From an uncultured Gemmatimonadales bacterium (GTDB lineage Bacteria > Gemmatimonadota > Gemmatimonadetes > Gemmatimonadales > GWC2-71-9), in assembly GCA_963828735.1 (NCBI GenBank), contig CAWHFW010000005.1, positions 768,001 to 832,000 on the forward strand: a stretch of DNA of 64,000 nucleotides, in the 5' to 3' direction. The position numbers and the translations under genes were made by a program. This document shows positions 20,984 to 31,611 of this stretch, piece by piece. Each line of letters opens with the position of its first letter. Positions within the stretch are counted from its first letter, which is position 1. A model generated the notes under the pieces. It was given only the letters and a program-made list of their open reading frames with translations, did not search any database and was not told where the DNA came from.

Positions 20984-23900
20984 GTGAGGCGGGTCGCGCT
21001 GTTGCTGGCGGTGCTGGTGATCGGCGCGCCGGTGCTCGACACGGCGGCACCGGCTGCCGCCGACCGGATCCCTCCCACCCGTCCGCCGGGTTCCGGCTCT
21101 TCGCCCGGAGCCGCGGCGCGCTCAGCGTCAACCAGGTCTACTGCGGCTTGCTGGCGAATGGCACTCATCTGCGTCGACAGCACTGGCTCCGCAGACCGTC
21201 GGTGGCGGGTTCTGGCCCAAGGGGACCGTCGACCAGTACGTCTTCGCCGTCGGGCTTCCAGGTAGCAGGCATCGTCGGCGGAATCAGATCGGAGAACCCC
21301 TGGGCCGGCGATACGACGGGAGACCTCTTCATCTCTTTGCGGGGCCGGGTAAACGGCGAACAGGTCCAGCCCATCTACAATTCGACCGACCCTGGTGACG
21401 TGGCCAACTGGCCGGCCGCCGCCTACGTGCCGGACGAGCCCAACGAGGCCGACAATCTGTTTCACCCGTCCTCCGCGGCCGGGTGGCCGCCTCGGAGGGC
21501 GACGTCTGGTGGCTCACGTGGGACGGGAACCCGTTGCTCAACAGACCAGCGACTCCATCCCCTCGGGCTGGTCCTGGAGCAGCGCGGCATGGCGTGGAAC
21601 ACGCCGAGCGGCAACCAGGACATTATCTACTTCATCTACACCCTCTACAACATCACCTCCACCCGCGTGGCAGACTACGTGGGTGTACGCCCCGCGATGC
21701 GCGAGATTCTGCTGGACAAGGCTCGGGAATTCCAGGACAGGAACAATGCGGCGTTCGGCATCACGCTGCCCGTCAGACGGGGTATCCGATCACGAGCATG
21801 CACGTGGCATTCGCCGCCGACATGGATGTCGGCACAGTTCAATGAGAACTACGCCTCGGCCAACGTCCCGTTCGCGCTGGGGTACACCTACGAACACGAC
21901 TTCGCCGCAACCCGACAACTGGACGTTCGACCCCGCACATCTTCGGCCCTCCATTCTTCCCGGCGACAGGCTTTGCGGGAGTGAAGTACCTTCGCAGCCC
22001 GCGTGACTCGCTGGACCGAGCGGTCGGACTCACCGTGTTCGGCGCCTTCGCCGGTGGCGGGGGTGCATGATCCGACCAGCTCGGTCCAGCTCTTCCGCTA
22101 TCTCACCGGTACGCCCGATCCAGCCGTCGGCGATCCCCCGTGCAACGCCGGAGACCCGAAAGCCAGCCACATCTGCTTCATCAACAAGAGCCCGCCAGGC
22201 GACATGAGGTTCTTTCAGGCGACTGGTCCCCTGACGCTTCCGCCCGGCGGGTTTCAGTCGATCGTGGTGGCCTACATCTTCGCCGCCCCCGTCGCAACCG
22301 CGGGCTGCCAGCACCTTCTGCGACGTGACGCCCGGCGACCCGACCATTCTGGGCGACGCAGGCCGCATGGCCGCCGGGGTCAACGCGATCGACTCACTGA
22401 CCGGCTACCAGGGGTTCAACGACCTCAACGGGGACGGTCGGGTGGAGCAGAGTGAATTCGAGGTCGTTCCAGGCTCGCTGCTCGGGTAAGGCGCTGGTGG
22501 CCCAGACACTGTTCGACAACGGGTTCGTGCTCGCCTCGACCGCCCCCGATGCCCCCGACTTCTTTCTGATTCCAGGACCGAACCAGGTAGCGGTGATCTG
22601 GCGACCGTCAGCGACCGAGACCACGGGCGACCCCTCCTTCGGACTCGCCAGCCAGCCGACCGGGACCGGCGGCGAGCCCAATGTGATGTACGACCCGAAC
22701 TATCGCCGGTTCGACGTGGAAGGCTACCGCATTTATCGCGGCCGGGTCGACACGCCCAGTCAGCTTCAGCTCATCGCCCAGTTCGACTATGCCAACACCG
22801 TCATGGCCGACTGGCGCGGCCAGGTGAATCCAGTCGCGGACTGCGCCCCTGAACTCGGCATCAACACAGCGACGGGGGGAGACATCGGCTTCGGCTGCCG
22901 CGTACCGTTCGACTCGGTGATCCCCGGCGTCGCTCCGTCGGTGAGCGACACGATCCCGCTCGTGGGACCGGTGGTTCAGGTCAGGCTCGCCCCCGAGGGA
23001 CGCCAGCGGCTGGCTACCGGGACCGTCCTCTTCATCCAGCTCGACACCGCGATCAACGGCACCGCTGCCGGCTGCCTCGCTGGCCGCCGGTCCCAATGGG
23101 GCGCAGTGCACGTTGCGCGATACCGAAGTGCCGTTCGCGTTCGTGGACCGTGGCGTCCGAAACGATCTGCGGTATTTCTATGCGGTGACGGCGTTCGACA
23201 TCAACTCGATTCAGTCGGGACCGTCGAGCCTCGAGTCGGCGAGACGGACAAAGTCGGTCACGCCGGCCAGCTCGGCGTCGAACCTGCAGCGTCCGGTACT
23301 GTCCAGGTCACCCTCGCCGGTCGCGGTCTCACCCTCGACACGGCAGGAGCGTTCCCGACCCTCGATCCGGAAACTGGCCGCTTCGATGGACCGTTCCCAC
23401 CTGCCAACGGCGTTTGCACTTGGCCTGGCGGATCTGGTGCAGACGCTGCTGCCCGACTCGCGTTCCGGCTCCGTGTCGCTCACGCTGGATAGTCTCCAGC
23501 TCGGCTCGGCCTACGAGCATGGCGTAGGCGAGCAGGGTCTGCCGGTCCACTTTTATCTGACGTCCGCGGGAGATGCGGCGACCGTTCGGTTGCAGGTCCC
23601 GGTGGTGCAGGACCAGAGCTCGGACCTGCAGGGTCGGCTCCAGCTACGTCGATGCAGTCCCGTTGGAGAAAGCCGTCATCGACCGGTTCGGTGGCGGAGC
23701 GGGGTTCCAGTTGCGCGGCCGCCTCGACCTCGCGCTCCCCGGCAACAATTACGCGAGCTCATGGGGGACGCGGCTGTCGCAACGCCGCCGCAGGATTCGC
23801 GGCCGACGGCACCACTGGCTGCGAGTACAATGGACCACGCTGGTTCGACGGGCCCTCGCCCCAACGAGACGAGACCCAGGTCGATCCACAGTCCTCGCAC

Positions 23901-24949
23901 CCACCCAACTCGGCCTCCCCCGGTCCGATGGCCGATCTCAACAACGCCGGCACGCTCACCGGCGTGACCACGATCCAGATGCCCCATTCCTATGAGACGG
24001 CGGAGGCCGGATTACCGCAGTCGTCGAGGGCGTGCTCGGCGCGGCGCAGCGGGCCGCGGATTTCAACCTCTGGTGGGGCGCGGACGGCGGGATCGACTCG
24101 GTCGTCGACGTCACCCATGACGTGACGGTGCCGTTCGACAGCCTCCGTCTCGCAGGCTCGTGGGGCGTGCTGAACCAGGCCGCTACAGCGGCTGCCGGAT
24201 CGTTCGACGGCAGACCCGACGTGCTGACGACCATGGACTTCGCCTGCGTCGAGCCGCTCCGCTCTCTGTCGTGGCGGTGCAGGCAAGCTATCGGTGCACG
24301 GCGGCTCCGTTCGTCCTGAGCCGCACCGTCACGCCGGGGCCGATCGCGATTTGGGACCAGACAACCGCCACGGCTCAGGACGGCGGCGGTTCGGCCGGGC
24401 GCCGGCTTCGCGCTCTACCTGGCCGGCAACATCACGATCTTCGAGCTGGCTGCCGGTCTGCCGCCGGCGGGCACCGTCTGGAGCCTGCGAACCTACGTCG
24501 GCGCCATCAGCGGGGGCCGAGGCGCAGCCGGTGACCGGGGACCCTACACTTTCACTGCGCAACCCCGGCCACTCACGGCGACCGGGGTTCAGCTCCACCT
24601 GGAGTACGAGGTAGTCAACCGCATCGTCCCGGCGACCGGTAACGACCTCAGCCGCGTGCACACGGTGCCGGACCCGTACTACGTGACCAGTAAGTTCGAG
24701 CGCACCACCGACGTCAAGGTCATCGAGTTCGTCAACCTGCCGGCCGACTGCATCATTCGGATCTATTCTACCAGCGGGATCCTGGTCTCGCTGCTCGAGC
24801 ACCATTCGAGCACCTATGGCGGCTCCGAGCGATGGAACGTGCTCAATCGCAACAACCAGGTGGTGGCGAGCGGAGTCTACTTCTATCACCTCGAGGCGGG
24901 CGACGCCCGGCGGGTGGGCCGCTTCGTGGTCGTCAACTACGCCCAGTAG
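20984..24949 (+). CDS. Large secreted protein with T9SS-CTD/FlgD-Ig-like C-terminal domain (many frameshifts)
   Basis: Signal peptide; DVEGYRIYRG, YFYAVTAFD; C-terminus HTVPDPYYV..FVNLP..IRIYSTSG..WNVLNRNNQVVASGVYFYHL. Confidence 0.75.
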
Positions 24950-25145
24950 CCTAAACGGTCACGCGACTGGCCTTGGCTCATCGAGCTCCGCCACACGCCT
25001 TTTAGAGAAGGGCGTGCCGGCGCGTCTTGACAGTCCTCCCGCGTCTCCGCCCGGCCCGTCAAGGCCAGTGCCAAGCCCATGTCTTGTCAGCGATTGATCC
25101 CGGTCCGCCGGCTCCCGCCGATCGATCCCATGTACCTTTGAGCCG

Positions 25146-26426
25146 ATGAACGACCTCCCTCCGATCCCTCAAGTCCTCGACGCGGAGACCAAACGGCTGC
25201 AGCTCGCCCGCATGAAACGGCGGGCAACCGGGCTGCTGGTGCTCATGGGCGTGGTCTTCATGATCGCCTGGGGACTCGAGGGTACGTACGCCTGGCTCGG
25301 CTACGTGCGCGCGACCGCGGAAGCGGGGCTCGTGGGTGGTGTGGCGGACTGGTTCGCCATTACCGCGCTGTTCCGGCACCCGCTCAACCTGCCGATCCCG
25401 CACACCGCCATCATCCCCCAGCGGAAGGATCGCATCGGCCGAAGTCTCGGCAATTTCGTGCAGAACAACTTCCTCTCGCCGGAGGTCCTGGGCGCCAAGC
25501 TGCGCGCGGCGGGCCTCAGCCGTCGGGCCGCGGAGTGGTTGCGTGAGCCCGAGCACGCGCGGACGCTGGTGCGGCAGTCCGCGGGCGCGCTCCGAAGCGC
25601 GACCGCGGTCGTCCGCGACGACGACGTCCACGCCTTGCTCGAGCGCAGCGTGATCGAGCCGCTCAAGCGCCGGCCGATCGCCCCCGTGCTCGCCGACGGG
25701 CTGGCGCTCCTCACGGTGAACGACCGCCACCAGCAGCTGCTCGACCGGCTGGTGCACAGCCTCGGCGACCTGGTCGAGCAGAACCAGACGCTCATCCGCG
25801 AGCGGATCCGCGAGGAGAGCCCCTGGTGGGTCCCGGCATTCGTGGACGACCAGGTCCACGAGCGCGTGGTGGACGGCATCGGCCGGACGCTGTCCCAGGT
25901 GAGCGCGGATCCCAACCATCCGCTGCGGCGGCAGCTCGACGACCTGCTGGTGAGCTGGATCGAGCAGCTTCGCGCGTCGCCCGAAGCGATCGCGCGCGCG
26001 GAGCAGATCAAGCAGCAGGTGCTCGACCACCCCACCAGCGAGCAGCTCACCGAATCGCTCTGGCGCGAGGTGAAGAAGGTGTTGGACCGGCAGGTGGAGG
26101 CCGCCGAGCACGGCGCGCCGGGCGGGCTCGAGCGCGGGCTCACCGCCCTCGCGCAGGCCACACTCGAGGACGAGACGCTGCTGGCCAAGCTGGACGACTG
26201 GATGATCGGCGCCGTGCTCCGGATCGTCGAGCAGCACCGGCACGAGGTGGGCCAGCTCATCGCGCACACCGTGAGCGTGTGGGACCCGGAAGAAACCTCG
26301 CGGCGCATCGAGCTCCAGGTCGGACGGGACCTTCAGTTCATCCGGATCAACGGCACGCTCGTGGGCGGTCTGGTCGGGCTCGTGCTCTATTCGCTCATGC
26401 GGTTTCTGGGACACCCACAGCCGTAG
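25146..26426 (+). CDS. DUF445 (YjiN-like) membrane protein
   Basis: AEAGLVGGVADWFAITALFRHP, GRDLQFIRINGTLVGG. Confidence 0.9.
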   Translation: MNDLPPIPQVLDAETKRLQLARMKRRATGLLVLMGVVFMIAWGLEGTYAWLGYVRATAEAGLVGGVADWFAITALFRHPLNLPIPHTAIIPQRKDRIGRSLGNFVQNNFLSPEVLGAKLRAAGLSRRAAEWLREPEHARTLVRQSAGALRSATAVVRDDDVHALLERSVIEPLKRRPIAPVLADGLALLTVNDRHQQLLDRLVHSLGDLVEQNQTLIRERIREESPWWVPAFVDDQVHERVVDGIGRTLSQVSADPNHPLRRQLDDLLVSWIEQLRASPEAIARAEQIKQQVLDHPTSEQLTESLWREVKKVLDRQVEAAEHGAPGGLERGLTALAQATLEDETLLAKLDDWMIGAVLRIVEQHRHEVGQLIAHTVSVWDPEETSRRIELQVGRDLQFIRINGTLVGGLVGLVLYSLMRFLGHPQP

Positions 26427-26538
26427 GACTTCGGGGGGCGACAGCGGCGTGGCGTCAAGTCGGGCTCACGCCTCGACGCCGTGTCGATCCGACTGCAGCT
26501 TGAAACGTTCGACCGACCCGTGAGCGCCAGGAGCCGCG

Positions 26539-28014
26539 ATGAGCAGCATGCCGCCAGAGACCACGTCCGCCCTTCCCGCGGAGCCGGTTCCCGCCGAGGT
26601 CCTCGGCCTTCGCGCCGCGGAGCTGGCCGCGCGCGTGCGGCAGGCGTTGTACCGGACGCCGCCGTCCGACCTCGCCGAGGCGTACCGGCGGATGCGCGAG
26701 GGGGCCACCGCGCGTCACCTCGACTACTTCATGGACGGCGCCGTCCAGACCATCCGCGTGTTTCCCTGCCCGATCACGCTGTTGCCCGAGGAAGTCGACT
26801 ACGTCCACCGGGTCGTGCGCACCCTCCACGACGCGATGGTCCGCCTGCCCGATCTCTACCTCGCGGATGCGGACGTGCGCTCCATCCTCCGCCTCGAGCC
26901 CGAGGAGGACGCCTGGCTCCGCGACTGTTGGCGCCCGGCGATGCAATGCCGGAATCCCGTGTTCGGCCGGTTGGACGCGCTGGTGGACTACAGCAGCCCG
27001 GTCTGGAAGGACACGTTCAAGTTCGTCGAGCCGAACCTGACAGGGATCGGCGGCCTGCACCTGATTCCCTCGGTCGAGGAGATCCTGAGCGAGATCGTGG
27101 TCCCGCTGATCGTGGCACAGGACGCGGGCCTCAGGCTGGAGCGACTCGCGGACGCACGCGAGCTGCTGCACGGCGAGCTCGTGGCCCAGCTCGAGGCGGT
27201 CGGGCGCCCGGGGGGATGCGTGTGTTTCGTGGAGCCCAAGTACGAGCTCGAGGGAATCGACGAGCAGCGACGGCTGGTCGAGTACCTGCGGGAGCGGCAC
27301 GGCATGGAAACGGTGCACGCCGACCCGAGCGAGCTCCGGATGAAGGGCGCGGAGGTCTACTACGAGGATGCGCGGGTGGACCTGGTCTACCGGGACTACA
27401 GCGTGCTCGACCTGGTCGAGCTCGAGCGCGAGGGCGTGGATGTCACCCCCATGCGGACCTTGTTTCGCGAGAACCGCGTGATCAGCTCGATCGGCGGCGA
27501 GCTCGACCACAAGGCGAGCTGGGAGATTCTCACCGATCCGGAGCTCGCCGGGCGCCACTTCGATGAGGCCTCGCGCCGCTGCTTTCAGCGCCACATCCTG
27601 TGGACGCGGGTGCTGTCCGAGCGCCGGACCACCCTGCCCGGCGGAGATACGGGCGACCTGATCGGGTATGCCCGCGACTCCCGTGAGACGCTGGTGCTCA
27701 AGCCCTCGCGCGGGTACGGAGGCGACGGCGTGCTGGTGGGGCAGACGCAGTCCGCCACGGAGTGGGAGCAGGCGCTCGACTCCGCGCTCGCCGACGAGGA
27801 GCTGTGGGTTGTCCAGGCGCTGGCCCACATTCCGGTGCTCGAGGTGCCGACGCTATCGGAGGACGGCTCCCTGCGCCCGGAGATGTACTACCACGTGATG
27901 GGATATGCGTCGGATGCCGACGGGCTCGCGATTCTCGCGAGGGCCTCGCAGCGCCAGGTCGTCAACGTGGCGCAGCGGGGTGGGATGGCGGCGGTGATGG
28001 CGGTGAAGGCCTGA
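26539..28014 (+). CDS. Circularly permuted ATP-grasp (glutathionylspermidine synthase-like) ligase
   Basis: FGRLD, KFVEPN, DLVYRD, DHKAS, HILWTR, LVLKPSRGYGGDGV, WVVQ motifs. Confidence 0.7.
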   Translation: MSSMPPETTSALPAEPVPAEVLGLRAAELAARVRQALYRTPPSDLAEAYRRMREGATARHLDYFMDGAVQTIRVFPCPITLLPEEVDYVHRVVRTLHDAMVRLPDLYLADADVRSILRLEPEEDAWLRDCWRPAMQCRNPVFGRLDALVDYSSPVWKDTFKFVEPNLTGIGGLHLIPSVEEILSEIVVPLIVAQDAGLRLERLADARELLHGELVAQLEAVGRPGGCVCFVEPKYELEGIDEQRRLVEYLRERHGMETVHADPSELRMKGAEVYYEDARVDLVYRDYSVLDLVELEREGVDVTPMRTLFRENRVISSIGGELDHKASWEILTDPELAGRHFDEASRRCFQRHILWTRVLSERRTTLPGGDTGDLIGYARDSRETLVLKPSRGYGGDGVLVGQTQSATEWEQALDSALADEELWVVQALAHIPVLEVPTLSEDGSLRPEMYYHVMGYASDADGLAILARASQRQVVNVAQRGGMAAVMAVKA

Positions 28015-28017
28015 GGT

Positions 28018-29232
28018 TCACTTGCCCTGGACCACTGCCTCCGGCAGGTTCGCCCACCGCGCCCATCCATCCGGGGCCAGTACGTATCGCACCGCCGGAC
28101 GATCGGTGACCGTCACGGGCTCGAACACCGCGCGGTAGCCCGGCCGCGCCGTTCGCCGGAGCGCGGGCCCGGCCGTCCGGACGAAGCGATCGGCCGAGCG
28201 TTGATCGTCCCACACGACGTACCAGACGAGCGCCGGGCCAGCTGCAGTGTCGTACACGCGGAATCGGTCGCCGCCCCAGCCGATCGGCACGACGGTCTGC
28301 ACCTCGTCCGAGCCGGCGAGCGACGCGAGCAGGACGCGGATCTCGCTCTCGCCCAGCACGTCCTCGTGCAGCACGTTGCTGTCCGGGGGGAACGCGAGCA
28401 CGGCCGGCTGGTCGCCGCGGGCGTAGCGCTCCGGATGGAGGATCTGCTCGGTCGACACCGGCATCCGTGGTCCGAAGGGCAGTGTGTCCCGCGCGCCGGA
28501 CGTCTTCCACCAGTACATGAACTCCGCCCCGTCGAGATAGGGGAAGATCAACGCCTCCCGAACCACCAGCGGCGCGCGGGCAAAGACAGGCATGAGCGAC
28601 TGCTTTTCGCGCACCTGCTCACGGTACATCTCCCAGAACTGCGGCATCTCGGTCACGTTCTGACCCGGCGCCAGCACCTCGATCGACGCCAGCGTGGCCT
28701 GGCCCTCGAGGATGGACTGCGCCGCCGTGAGCCGATCGTTGTTGTCCGTCGCGTTCAGGATGGAGTCGAGCGGGAGGTGCTGGCCCTGGAGCGCGTGCAC
28801 CATCTCGTGCGCCAGCACGAGCCGGAGCTGCTCGCGCTCGGCGCCGGCTACCCCGAAGAGCATCGCCGAGTCCGGGTCGTAGTAGCCGGCGACCTGCTCG
28901 GCATAGAGATCGAGCAGCAGCCCGCGGAGCTGGAGCGTATCCGGCAAGAGGCCGAACAGGCGATAGGCGGTCTCCAGCCCGCGCATGCGAGCGGGCGGCA
29001 GCTCCTCGTCCAGCTTCGCGAGCAGATAGCCCCGTACCTGCTCGCGCGTACGAAGCGCCGAGCGCGGCGGCGTCCGGAACGTGAGCCGCGAGGCTCGCTC
29101 GACCGGTCCGCGCAGGCTGTCCACGAGCTGGCGCAGCACCACTTCCTCCGGGCCGCCGCGGCTCTGCCCTCGACACGCGGCCGCCACCGCCAGCGCGGCG
29201 AGAGTGGCAAGGACGAATCGAAGGCGGGTCAT
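28018..29232 (-). CDS. Lipoprotein with zincin-like HExxH motif
   Basis: Lipobox VAAAC; VAGYYDP, LAHEMVHALQ, ILEGQAT, FPYLDG, STEQILHP, GWGGDR. Confidence 0.75.
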   Translation of the reverse strand: MTRLRFVLATLAALAVAAACRGQSRGGPEEVVLRQLVDSLRGPVERASRLTFRTPPRSALRTREQVRGYLLAKLDEELPPARMRGLETAYRLFGLLPDTLQLRGLLLDLYAEQVAGYYDPDSAMLFGVAGAEREQLRLVLAHEMVHALQGQHLPLDSILNATDNNDRLTAAQSILEGQATLASIEVLAPGQNVTEMPQFWEMYREQVREKQSLMPVFARAPLVVREALIFPYLDGAEFMYWWKTSGARDTLPFGPRMPVSTEQILHPERYARGDQPAVLAFPPDSNVLHEDVLGESEIRVLLASLAGSDEVQTVVPIGWGGDRFRVYDTAAGPALVWYVVWDDQRSADRFVRTAGPALRRTARPGYRAVFEPVTVTDRPAVRYVLAPDGWARWANLPEAVVQGK

Positions 29233-29240
29233 CGGGCGTC

Positions 29241-30011
29241 TCACCCGGCACCCAGGTAGCCGCTGTACCAGGCCAGAATCGACGGACCGACCAGGTACGT
29301 GGCCGCCGCGCCGATGGCGAGGAAGATGCCGAACGGCACGAGCTTCTTGTGTCCGGCCAGGCTGAGCGGAACGAAGATCAGGCTCCCGATCAGAGCGCCG
29401 AGGAAGATCGTGAGCAGGGTTCCCTGCCAGCCGAGGAACGCGCCGACCATCGCCATCATCTTGATGTCGCCACCGCCCATCGCCTCCTGCTTGAACATCC
29501 ACTCGCCGGCAATCGCAACCAGCCAGAGCAGGCCGAATCCCACCGCCGCGCCGAGCAGCGCGGTGCCGAGCGGCTGACGGCCCGCGGCCAGGGCGAGCAG
29601 GATACCCAGCACGAGCCCGCCGATCGAGAACTCGTCCGGGATGATGTAGGCGCGGGCATCCGTCATGGCGATGCCGAGCAGGATGGTCGCGAACGCCGCC
29701 CCCTTGAGCCCCTCGAGCCCGATGCCGTGACGCCAGGCCATGAATGCCCAGATCAGCCCTGTCACGAGCTCGATGAGCGGATACTGAATCGAGATCGGCT
29801 CGCGGCACCCACGACAGCGCCCCCGCAGCAGGAGCCACGAGAGGATCGGCACGTTGTCGTACCAGCGGAGACCCGCGCCGCACTTGGGGCAGTGGGATGG
29901 CGGGCGAACGACCGACTCCTTCGGCTCCGCGCCCCACCGCAGGATGCAGACGTTGAGGAAGCTCCCGATCACTGCCCCGAATACCCCAGCGATGACGATG
30001 AACAACGGCAT
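29241..30011 (-). CDS. pilD: Prepilin peptidase (A24)
   Basis: IGSFLNVCI, CPKC/CRGC zinc pairs, MGGGDIKM, VPFGIFL. Confidence 0.92.
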   Translation of the reverse strand: MPLFIVIAGVFGAVIGSFLNVCILRWGAEPKESVVRPPSHCPKCGAGLRWYDNVPILSWLLLRGRCRGCREPISIQYPLIELVTGLIWAFMAWRHGIGLEGLKGAAFATILLGIAMTDARAYIIPDEFSIGGLVLGILLALAAGRQPLGTALLGAAVGFGLLWLVAIAGEWMFKQEAMGGGDIKMMAMVGAFLGWQGTLLTIFLGALIGSLIFVPLSLAGHKKLVPFGIFLAIGAAATYLVGPSILAWYSGYLGAG

Positions 30012-30012
30012 G

Positions 30013-30801
30013 TCAGACGTCACGCGTGACCTCGTACAGAAGGATGCCGGCGGCGACCGCCACGTTGAGAGACTCGACACCGGGCGCGAGTGGAATAGCG
30101 ACGCGGCGAGGCGCCGCCGCGGCGAGCACAGGACCCACGCCCGCGCCTTCGTTGCCGAGCACGAGGCCGAGCGGCGCACGGCGCGCCCTGGCCTGCCGGG
30201 CGAGCGGCTCCCCATCCGCCGCGGCGACGAGCAGCTCGACGCCGCGCACCCCGGCCCAGCCGACGAAGGCGCCGGCATCGGACGAGGTGGCCGGGAGCCG
30301 GAACGCCGCCCCCATGCTCCCGCGCAGCACCTTGGGATTGGTGAGCTCGGCCGTGCCTTTGAGCGCGACCATGCCCGCCGCTCCGAGCGCCAGCGCGGTG
30401 CGAAGGATGGTGCCGACGTTCCCCGGGTCCTGCACGCCGTCGAGCACGATCACCACGCTGCCGGCCGGCGTCGGAATGTCGTCGAGGGCCCACACGCGCG
30501 GCTCGACCACGGCCACGACGCCCTGCGGCTGCTCGGTGTCGGCCAGCTCGTCGAGCTCGGGTGACGTCACCGCGACCACCGGAATGCCGCGAGCCTCGAG
30601 CGCGATCTTGAGGGCCGAGCCACGCGGAGTACCTTCCAACGCCGGCGAGACGGCCGCTCCGCGCACCGGCACGTTCGCCGCCAGCGCCTCCTCGACGAGC
30701 CGAACGCCTTCGGCCAACGCCAGTCCGCGGCGCTCGCGGCCCCGCCGGCGAGCGAGGTCGCGGATCGTCGTCAGGAGCGTACCACCCTTGGAGGTGCTCA
30801 C
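30013..30801 (-). CDS. TrmH/SpoU family RNA methyltransferase
   Basis: VQDPGNVGTILRT, LVLGNEGAG, ESLNVAVAAGILLY; only nearby start is GTG 30801. Confidence 0.88.
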   Translation of the reverse strand: MSTSKGGTLLTTIRDLARRRGRERRGLALAEGVRLVEEALAANVPVRGAAVSPALEGTPRGSALKIALEARGIPVVAVTSPELDELADTEQPQGVVAVVEPRVWALDDIPTPAGSVVIVLDGVQDPGNVGTILRTALALGAAGMVALKGTAELTNPKVLRGSMGAAFRLPATSSDAGAFVGWAGVRGVELLVAAADGEPLARQARARRAPLGLVLGNEGAGVGPVLAAAAPRRVAIPLAPGVESLNVAVAAGILLYEVTRDV

Positions 30802-30804
30802 GGG

Positions 30805-31611
30805 ATGAAGATCGCCCTCACCATCGCCGGCTCCGACTCGGGAGGCGGCGCGGGCATCCAGGCCGACCTCAAGACGTTCCAGCAGTTCGGCGTGTTCGGC
30901 ACGTCGGTCGTCGTGGCGCTCACCGCGCAGAACACGCGCGGGGTTCGCGCCGTCGAAACGGTGCCCGAGGCGATGATCTCGGCGCAGCTCACCGCGCTCG
31001 CCGAGGACCTGCCCCCCGCCGCGCTCAAGACCGGCATGCTCGCCGAGGCGTCCATCGTCCGGCTCGTGGCCAAGGCGATCCGCGAGAACGGCTGGCGCCC
31101 GCTGGTCGTCGACCCCGTCATGGTCTCCACCTCGGGCCACCGGCTGCTCACGACCGAGGCGGAGGACGTGATCCGCGACAGCCTGCTTCCGCTGGCGGCG
31201 CTGGTGACGCCGAATCTCGACGAGGCCGCCGTGCTCACGGGCCGCGTGGTGCACGACCTCTCGACCATGGAGCGCGCGGGCGAGACCCTGCTCCGGTTCG
31301 GGGCCGCGGCGGCGCTGGTCAAGGGCGGGCACCTGAACGCCGGCGGGGAGACCCTCACGGACGTGCTCGTCACCCCCGACGGCGTCCGACACTTCCCCCA
31401 TCCTCGCCTCGACACCACCTCGACCCACGGCACGGGCTGCACGCTCTCCGCGGCGGTCGCGGCCGGGCTGGCGCTCGACCGCCCGCTCGAGACGGCGGTG
31501 GCCGACGCGCTCGACTTCGTCCACCGCGCCATGGCGCGCGCCCCGGGGCTGGGCGCCGGGCACGGCCCCCTCGACCACACCGTCACAGCGCCGCCACCAC
31601 CCCCTCGATGA
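30805..31611 (+). CDS. thiD: Hydroxymethylpyrimidine/phosphomethylpyrimidine kinase
   Basis: LTIAGSDSGGGAGIQADLKT, VDPVM, TPNLDE, KGGH, THGTGCTLS. Confidence 0.95.
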   Translation: MKIALTIAGSDSGGGAGIQADLKTFQQFGVFGTSVVVALTAQNTRGVRAVETVPEAMISAQLTALAEDLPPAALKTGMLAEASIVRLVAKAIRENGWRPLVVDPVMVSTSGHRLLTTEAEDVIRDSLLPLAALVTPNLDEAAVLTGRVVHDLSTMERAGETLLRFGAAAALVKGGHLNAGGETLTDVLVTPDGVRHFPHPRLDTTSTHGTGCTLSAAVAAGLALDRPLETAVADALDFVHRAMARAPGLGAGHGPLDHTVTAPPPPPR

